NCBI GenBank assembly: GCA_030141605.1
Contig: JAQGDQ010000302.1
Coordinates: 62,001-126,000 of the forward strand
Direction of reading: 5' to 3'
From: Tubiluchus corallicola
Lineage: Eukaryota > Animalia > Priapulida
Length of the DNA stretch: 64,000 nucleotides
Shown piece after piece: positions 51,701 to 61,355 of this stretch. Made by a program: the position numbers and the translations under genes. How positions within the stretch are numbered: position 1 is the first letter of the stretch; every line of letters starts with the position of its first letter. The notes under the pieces are model-generated. The model made no database searches and had not been told where the DNA came from. It saw only the letters and a program-made list of their open reading frames with translations.

Positions 51701-54700
51701 ATTGATATTTGTCTTTGACATTTATGTTAATTATGCTAACTGTTAACATGGTTGACTGTGAACATTGAATTAAAGACCTATGGTTGTAGGATTGACTGTG
51801 ATGCTTAATACGAACTTTCACCCTCACACTAATACCTACATATGTGGGATTAACACTTATGTAGTGTAAATGTAAGAAGGAAGTTATAGTATTTGTCGTG
51901 TTGCATATAACTAATGCATGTGTTATTCTTTTAGTGCTGCAGGATGGCCTGCAGTTAAACAAAATGCTACTTCGTTATGTTCCTAGTGTTGTTACCAACT
52001 GAACCTTTTTGATAATTTTTTTAAATCTTGCTGCTATGCAGTTATATTGTCATGTGGGTGATATAGGGCAAAAATGAATGTACATGCTTCCAAAAAGTTT
52101 CCTTGCATCAACAGGGCATAGAAAAGTTGAAATGTTTTAAAAATTGTAGCATCAGTTTGCAGTAACACATTACTTAGTTTCTGTACTTGAAAAAAACTGA
52201 AACAAAATGTATTTATATTGAAATGTACCTATGTTTGCAAAGACAACATCCTGTGTTATTAGTATTACAGTTTTTCTTTTTCCTTTATTTCCTTCATGTC
52301 TTCATTTTTCTCCTCTTATTTCTCTTGTCTTCCTTGCTATGCTTTGCATTCATATTCGATTACTGTTAATAAGAAATTATTTGTGATCGTTGTCTAGGTA
52401 GTAATGGGTTTGCTGGTTCCACCCTATGTGCTCATGCTGGAGTATAAGACCAGAGAGGAACTTCAGTTGATGCCACAAACGGAGGAAGAGCACTTAGATT
52501 CAGGTTCTGATTCGGATGACGAAAGTGTGTTCTTGGCTGATCCTGAGGAGGTGGACAATTCTTATGAGGTTTGACCGATTACAGTTAAATAAATCTTGCT
52601 GTGCACCAGTAGTGACACTTACAGTGCAGCCCGTTAGAAGGTTTTTCTTAAACAAGGCAATTTAAACTTCTTAAACAGTCTTCTTTTAGTATTGGGACGA
52701 ATACTGCGGCCTTTTCAATTTATTTTCTTTTTAGTTTAACACTTATCCCATAGCTTATCATTTTCTATCTTTTGTTAATTCTCTTTCTTTTTTCTCCTAC
52801 CAATAATTCATGTCTGCTTTCTATATGTAACAGCTGAAAGATTGCAGGCGCATATGTCTATGCTTGCTTTGTAGTGTTGTTCTGTGGCTTGTAAATTTGA
52901 ACTGTATCAATTGAAAAGTTACGATTAGACAAGCTGAACTGTATCACCTGATCCAATGTGAAGGTCGTATGCTTGTCAAGAAGGCAAAATGGACAAGTCA
53001 TTAATAAACATTATATAGTTGTACCACTTTACTCACCTTCTCCAACATTAGCTAACCATGCATCCTTTAAGGATGCAAGAACAATGCAAAAGTCAATTTT
53101 TAAGTTTTTTTCTGAATTCAGTATGTGAATTAGCATTTATCTTTAAACATGTTTGAGGAGAACAATGCGAGAACAATGCAGCCTCTTCATTATGATGCGA
53201 GAACAATGCAGCCTCTTCATTATGAATTTGAGGTCTGTGGAACACAAAAGCAACTAGCCTGTCACGGATTCCCGTGATTGAGTTCTACTCTGCTATTATA
53301 CCTTTCATTTACAGCATTGCAAACTAGTTTATTCCGGTTCTATAACCTTTGCAAATTTACCTAGAGTCATTCAATTAGGTTAACCTTGAATTATTCATAC
53401 GGGCTTCATTCCGAAGCTATAAATTCCTTCGTCACCCTTGTACAGGCGAGCATTTGACGCTTGCTTTTCCTACAAGCAAATGTCATATGATCCGCCTAAT
53501 TCGTTAGGTTAATTTTTTTCCCTTTCTTCAATAGTTTTTATATGGTTATGTGCTGATGTGTATCTATAATTAGGTTTACTGCTGTTATAGGAAGTAACTA
53601 TGTAATTGCGACAAATCTTGTGAATTGAATAAATTTTATTTGGGTGGCCACTCCTTTAATCCAATGGTTATGCGGTTTTTGTTAAGAGTGAAAATTTAGT
53701 CTAAATTATATGGTTCAGTAACAGCAAACCATTCTAATTATCAACTCGTAGACTTAAGCGTTATGCACCTTTCTCTATAAAAAATATACTAGACTATATA
53801 CACTCCCACGTATTTGTTTAATTAAGAACCAGGCCGATGGCTCTCCCACAAACTTCCGAAAAAATGAGCATTTTTCACATAGCCTCTTTGTTTGCTTAAC
53901 TGAGGCAGTTAAAATAGATTTCTATGAAGTTCTCACAACCTCCCATTGTTTTTAGCTGCCAGGAATATAAACAAGTACAATTAAATATTAATTTAGGAGA
54001 GACTTATTCAAAAAACATAAAGTTATGAAAATTGTTTCTACTTTTTGAAGCAGAAGCAGAATTTCATTGTTCATGTTGTAATTAAATTATATTGCAGGAG
54101 GTGCAGCCATCTAATGAACGTTTGTTGCACCTTCCATTTATGGCTAATGACGTTACAACATCAGTTTATAGCATTCTTGGTTCCAACAATGTGAGCTACT
54201 TGGAGAAGAAACCAACACCTTTGAAGTTTGGGAAGAAGGTCTACGAATTTTATACATCGCCCATCACAAAGTATTGGATGTATACAGTAAGTAGTAATGG
54301 TTTGCTCAAGCACATGCGCTGTGTAATGTGTATTCGGTTGCACTCTAGATCAGGGCTGTGCAAATTGCGGCCCGCGGGCCACTTGCGGCCCGCCGAGAAA
54401 ATTTGTGCGGCCCGCGAAGAGATTTGTCAACCTAATGAAAGTGCGGCCCGGGCGATTGAGTGTATCCAGCTGAAGTCCATGCAACGATCCCAGAGATAGT
54501 GCGGGTAGTTTTTTCTACTAGATCGGATGCCATTAACCCTTACAAGACGGTTGTAGCTTAATAACACTGTACTACACAGACTGTGTGATACATATTACTA
54601 AAATGCATTGTACTGAAATTACCACTATCTGTCCTGAAAGTAGAAATATATGGTTTGTAATATAAATTTTAATAACTTCTAAAATAGTTTCTTGAGTGTA

Positions 54701-57700
54701 GTAGTAATGATGTACGCAGGTTGGATGCAAAAAAAATCGTTATTAGGTCTTTTTGTACTTGGCTCCTTGATCAAACTGCATGTGGCCGGTAGGAGTTGCG
54801 GAAAAGTTTAATGTGGCCCGGCTAGTCAGACAATTTGCACACCCCTGCTCTAGATGAATAACATTGGAAACTGCCAGTCTAACACAGTCAGAGCAACTTT
54901 AGTTGCACACACTTAGAATGGACAAAATTTTTAAAATAAAACACTAAGAGGAATAGAACTTGCACCCCTATTTTCCAGAACATATCGTCAGGCTTTACTT
55001 CTTTTTCTTCCTTTTTAGCAAGAAACACCTCGACCCTTGTATAAGCAATTCACGATGCAATTTCTGGTAAACCTTTTTTTTAAAAACCAAATTTTACCAA
55101 GTGTTGTTTTACTTACATGTTGAAGAATTTTATCTATTTATAATAGAACCTATACAATTCCATTTTGCACGTTTTCTAACGTCGCTGCACAACTGTTACT
55201 TGATGATTTTTGCTTTGCGTCGCATTTTGTTGGAACACGTTGGTGCCATTAAAGTGAAGAAAATTGAATGTCCCAAAAAATTTCAAAACAAAGTTATGTT
55301 ACCTAGCATTACACTTGCCTGTTAGAAAGACATGTAACTGGAAAAGAAAATTCATAGTATTTTAATATCTTCGTGACAATTGATAAATCATCACTGTATC
55401 ACAATCCCAGTGTACACCACCAGCTTACTAAAAAAATTGTTGATCTTGTAGACAAGATTAAGTAATTTATACTTAATTATTTTTAGTGATCTATACCTAG
55501 TTAGTGAAGTGTGTGCTACGAATGCTCTGATTGGTTATTCGAACTTTACGATGTTATCTAAGCTTCAATATCTTTCTCGCCGCTTGAGAAGCCACGTAGT
55601 ATAAACCTTGGCAATTGTAGATGAAATAGAAATTTATTGATGTTTTGATGTCTGTTTTATCTGCAGTTGGCATGGTTTACGTTCAATGAAGGTTGCTGTA
55701 GTACTCGGAATGCTTTTTCTTGTTTGATGTGCACTTACATTTGACGATATTTTATTTCAGTTTGCATATTTCATATTCATGGCTCTTTACAACTACACAG
55801 CTTTGGTAAAGATGCCACAGGAACCATCATGGCAAGAAATATACGTATGGATTTATGTGTTTACGCTTTGTACTGAGAAAATTAGAGAGGTATGAGGTTA
55901 TTCTGAACTTTAGTTTGTTTTTGATTCTTGTTAAGTAATTTTTGATTACATTGGAAATTTTAGAGTTCATAAATAGCAGCTGCTATCTGTTAATTGTGTG
56001 GCATTAGTAACTTTACACTGCCAAATAGCTGATAAGATCATATGCATCATTTGGTAATGCAACTTTGCTTAGTTGTTAATGTTCCGTAATGTCTGTAATA
56101 TTTTTTTATATAAACTTTATTTATTTTTTTATTTTCTGTTTTCATTACAACTTCAGTGTCTGCAATATGTCAGTAATGTAAGTTGTGTACTATTAGTATT
56201 TGAAGTTTGGATGCTTCTTTAAGTTCTGTAGTTTGAATTTTAAATGTTTTGCATTACTTGCTCTTGTATAAGTATTTGATTTTTGACATCCTCTACTGTA
56301 CGATAATGTTGTACTGAGTGTCATAACACGATCGTAAATATTTAATTGTAATCCTAGCATTTTTGTGCTTCAAACCTGCAAAAATATCGACTTAATCTTT
56401 GGTACTTATTTTTAGTAATATTTTTTTGCAGATTGGAATGTCAGAGCCAACAAATATTGCTCAGAAGTTTAAAGTATGGCTCAGTAAGAAATGGAACATA
56501 TACGATATTGTTTCGGTGTCATTGTTTACAACTGGTGTAGTTCTTAGGTGAGGGATATTTCACTTAACTTTAAAATTCTGTAAGTGACTGTTATTTTTTA
56601 GTCAGTGGAAAAACAGTAACTAATTATGATGTCGACAAACAGCTGCATTTATTAACTCAAAACCTTTTTGGAGTTGCGTGGCAAAACTGCATTTATTAAA
56701 TCACGTCCATGGTCTTCCCTGGTGAAACTTACTCTGCAGCCGCAGATTTAGAATGACATTTGAATATTGCTAAGTGTCATGGTCAATGCTCTTTGTTGAG
56801 CTTTCCAGTTATTTATAAAATTTCCCCAAGGGGTTTGATCCTGGCTAAATTTTTCTGTGTAACTGGCACATGGCATCATTGGATGTAGAGGCAATATTGG
56901 ATGCACATTGGATGAAGCCGTGCAATATATATCTTATCCAGCCAGGTGCTTCAGCAAACGTTTTCTTACTATTTTTAAACTACAAGCAATTGAAAATGTA
57001 GATATGCTTGCTTTGTTATGCTTGCCTTCATGCCGTCCACCAGCTTGCGCCATTTTTTTCAAATATGCCCACAGCGAAGTTTGTTAATTGGGCGATAAGA
57101 ATGATTTAAATTCCTTTTTGCATTTTAAGCAAGGCATTTTATGCATACATATTTGTGTTACAAACCTACAATTAATTAAATTTTGGTTCCAAACCTGAAA
57201 GTCGGGAAATATGAAAAAGCTTATGTGCAGCCTAGATTTGAACCAGGGATCCTTCTGCTGACATTGCACACGTCTTTCAAATTTGCCATCAAAATTTAAT
57301 TGATTCTGAGCTTGTAAGATTATATAATTTTAACCTCAACATTAATATTATAATGATTAACTACATAAATGATCAATAATAGTGAATGCCAGGTTTGGAA
57401 AGGCACTCAGAACAGTACTAGCAGTCAATTTTGATTATTTTTAAATCGTGTCTTAGAATCAGGCATTATGAAAACCCTAAACTTGTTTAATTGGATAAAC
57501 CTGCACATTTGGTTTTATGCCCTTGTGATTTCATTTGTAACTTATTTTTTGTATAGGTTGGGAGAGGAAACATTTTGGACTGGTCGTTGTATTTATTGTC
57601 TCAGCATAGCATTCTGGTACATCCGAATACTGGATATCTTTAATAATAACAAGTACCTAGGACCTTATGTGACAATGATTGGAAAAATGGTACGAACAAG

Positions 57701-60700
57701 TTGATACTACATGGAAATGCCTTTTTAAAACTTTTTTGTTTTGCATGTTTATCGTGCTACATGCACACTGCATTGGCCAGATTGTAAACACTTTGGTAGT
57801 CTGAACTTCATTTTGTTTTGTTACATATTACATTCTTGTTAACTTATTATATACTTCATTGCATTATCACTTCATATTGTCCTGCATTAATGCTTTGCAC
57901 TGCATATCCACTAAATGCCTACAGGTGCCAGTGCATACTAAACACACTTTCTGCCTACTTTTTAGGTAGTTGATATGTGTGTTTTTGTTGTCATCATGTG
58001 TGTGGTGTTAATGAGCTATGGAGTGGTGAGGCAGTCCATTCGTTATCCGAATGAAGAAGCCAGTTGGACATTAGCCCGTGATATATTCTACCAACCTTAC
58101 TGGATGATCTATGGAGAAGTCTTTGCTGATGATATTAATCGTAAGTTTGTCACCTTTTTTTGTGACATGTACATATAAATCAGATATAGGTTTTATGTTT
58201 ATGTAATATTTATGTCATACTTGCTGCATTCAGGCATTTGCAAAACTATCAGTTGATATCTTTGACTTATTAACTTCTGAAGGTGATATTGAAAACTTTT
58301 GAAGTATTGAAAAAAGTGAGAGAAGGTCAAAAATGTCATTTTCCACCCCATTATCACTTTAATAACTTTTGTTTCATAGTCTATTCAGTACTTATTCCGG
58401 GATTAATAGTTACACTGTAATAATTAACTGATTTTGCTGGTTAAACCATAAACTAATACAACTTGAAATTGTTACTGGGGCAGATATAGGCAATATACTT
58501 TAGTGAATGTAATGTAATTAGTATGATAAACTTTTTTGCTAGCTGAATGTGGTGAAGGATTGGATGAGGAAGGAAATCAGTTACCCGAGTGTATACCAGG
58601 GCAGTGGATAAACCCAGTTGTCATGACACTCTACCTATTAGTCACTAATATTCTTCTAGTCAATTTGCTCATTGCTGTTTTTAAGTAAGTTCAATTCTTC
58701 TAAGCTTTGAAATGACCGTGTTTCTGGTTTAATCAAAATATAATCACAGACAGCATTCAATAATCTTTTTTTACATGGAAATCATCTTACAATTAAAGTT
58801 CTGAAAGAATTTGAACATGGCAATATTGCCAGCCATTGTAGAATAAAGATTTAATCCTATGAGTTATTTCACTAAGTCCAAATTTATTTGTTTTCACAAA
58901 ACTTTCTTTTGTGTGCAAGTCTACATTTGAACGTTTTTTTTCAGTAACACCTTCCACGCGGTGAACGCCATTTCCATGCAAGTGTGGAAGTTTCAGCGTT
59001 ATGCTGTAGTGCTAGAATATGAGCAGCGACCGGTGCTGCCACCACCTCTTATTACAATCTCTCACATATATCAGTTGTTTAAGTACTGCTGCCGGAGAAT
59101 GCACGGCAAGAAAACAACATTTGGTCATGGGCTAAGTAAGTTTGCCTCAAATTTGTCATAAATACTTGACTAGGATGCTCTGGTTGTTCAACTATAGTTG
59201 AATCAAGAAAACTTGTGTCATATTATTTAATTGCATATCAAATAGTCACTCATTTAAACATTTAAATAGGAATCTCTTCTTTCACTTACACAGCTTATAG
59301 CTCGTTGGGTAAGACAAATGAATCATGCTCAACCAATTTTCCTAGAGGTCATCCATTCTGTTTTCCAACCAGGTCCAGCATTGTTCAACTTTGGTTGTTA
59401 AGCAAGCATTGCAACTGGCGTCTGTTTCTTTAGAATTTGCAACTTAGAATTTGATTTGTCTGTTTCTAGAACTTTTCTTACAAGATGACGACGTTGAGAA
59501 GGTTCATGATTTCGAGGAGGAATGTTTAGAGGATTACTTCCGAGAAAAGGAAAGAGAGAAGTTGAATTCCCAAGAAGAGCGTGTGCAGCTTATTAATGAG
59601 AGGTGGGCTGATAGCTGCTTAACTTTTTCATACTTTTAAAATTCTAAAACCGACTAAATGTTGATGCAGCTTATTAAACTTATAAACTTATAAACTTACA
59701 TTACCAACACTTTTTTGGCTATTGATGTATTTTAGCTATTGATAACTCAAGATAAGCTGAAGTGACTAAATTTTTGCCAAGTAAACATCATCAAGTTTCA
59801 GTAGTAATGTAACTACTACTACATGGTGGAGAGGAAGTACCATTCTTTAAATTTCGTGCTTTTGTCATTGGTAACTCTTATGTTCAGAAACCCGAATAAC
59901 AAATATTATGCAGCTGGTTGCGTATAAGCTCTGCAGTTTTACGTTAAAAATTTATATACTCTCATTAAGGAAGGAGGGATTATTCTTTTTTGTTCCTAAG
60001 TATTGCAATGTAAAATTATGCAATGAGAACTGTGAAGGGGATAATAATAAATGAAAAAATATTTTTATAGGATAAAAGGGATAAGGATAAAAAATATTAC
60101 TTTTATTGATAATGAATTGTTACTTATTTATAAACACCGCATTCATTGTGGGCTGTCAACTTAATTTATGCTAGCTCTTTTTATATCATGCAATTCCAGT
60201 TCTAGTTGTTACTGGGTGATGACCTTGGGAGATGATCTTTGCAATACTAGAATAAAGACACATTGTATTTTAAACTTGGTAAATATTTTCACCATTATTT
60301 TAGATTGCCAGGTGGCTTGAATGGGACAATCAATGGTGAATGAAAAGAAAGTTTTGAGAGGGAAAGAGAATGGCATCATTTTCTGTTTTACATCCAAGTT
60401 TACAGTACTAGCTTTGCAGCCACATTATTCTTGTTTTTAATTTCAGGGTAGAAAGCATGAGTTCACGGGTATTTGACATAAATAACAGGGATAGTTCCAT
60501 CAAACTGGCATTGCAGACAATTGATTTCCGACTTGGCAAACTGGAGGAAACTAGCCAACAAACCGCAGCAGCTCTGTCGAGCATCAGTCAGATCATGAAC
60601 AAAGTTTGGGCTGGAGGAGTCTATGAACCTTTGCCAGGTATTATGATGTTTGTCGTGTTTGATTATTTCACTCAATACATTTGATCTGGGTGTCATGCTT

Positions 60701-61289
60701 TGCTTGTTTACTGAGCTCTAGAATGATAAATGCAGTTGCGAGGCACTGATGTAGCAAACCATCTACTTAACCCACCTATTGTTGGCAGTCACAACACTAC
60801 TCTAAATGAAGCTAGAAGTGTTATTCTATGCTACTTACAGGTCCGTCCTAACGCTTGGGTATGCAGGGCAATTGGCCAGGGGCCCACGAGCATAGGGACC
60901 TATGCTAATCTACGTATGTGTTTTTCGAGGCTCATGTTATGTTGTTCAAAGATTAATCTCTGCTGTACTGCATGTTTAATGTTTAAATACTGATGCTGTT
61001 TGAAGTACTTATTGTTACATGTTTAGTTTTGTCAACCATTTACTTTACATTTTTACTTCTGTGAATGATTGTATAGGTAGGGGCACCAGTGCACTGTTTT
61101 CCCTGGGGGCCTATGATACTGTTAAGATAATCTGGCTACTTACTCCTTAATCGATCATATTAGTACTGATTGCAAGATGTTTTAAATTATCAATGATACA
61201 CTCTTTTAGTTGTAAACTGAAAGTCAGAAAATTCACTTCTGATTTTGTGAAATGTTTTTTTCATAAATCTCTGGTTTTAGATGTCTATG

Positions 61290-61355
<66 letters not shown>

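Noticed and set aside
54287-54499. ORF extension [17 protein letters not shown] after the TRPM exon
   Set aside because: Read-through of the donor into the GC-rich end of the hAT MITE; not coding.
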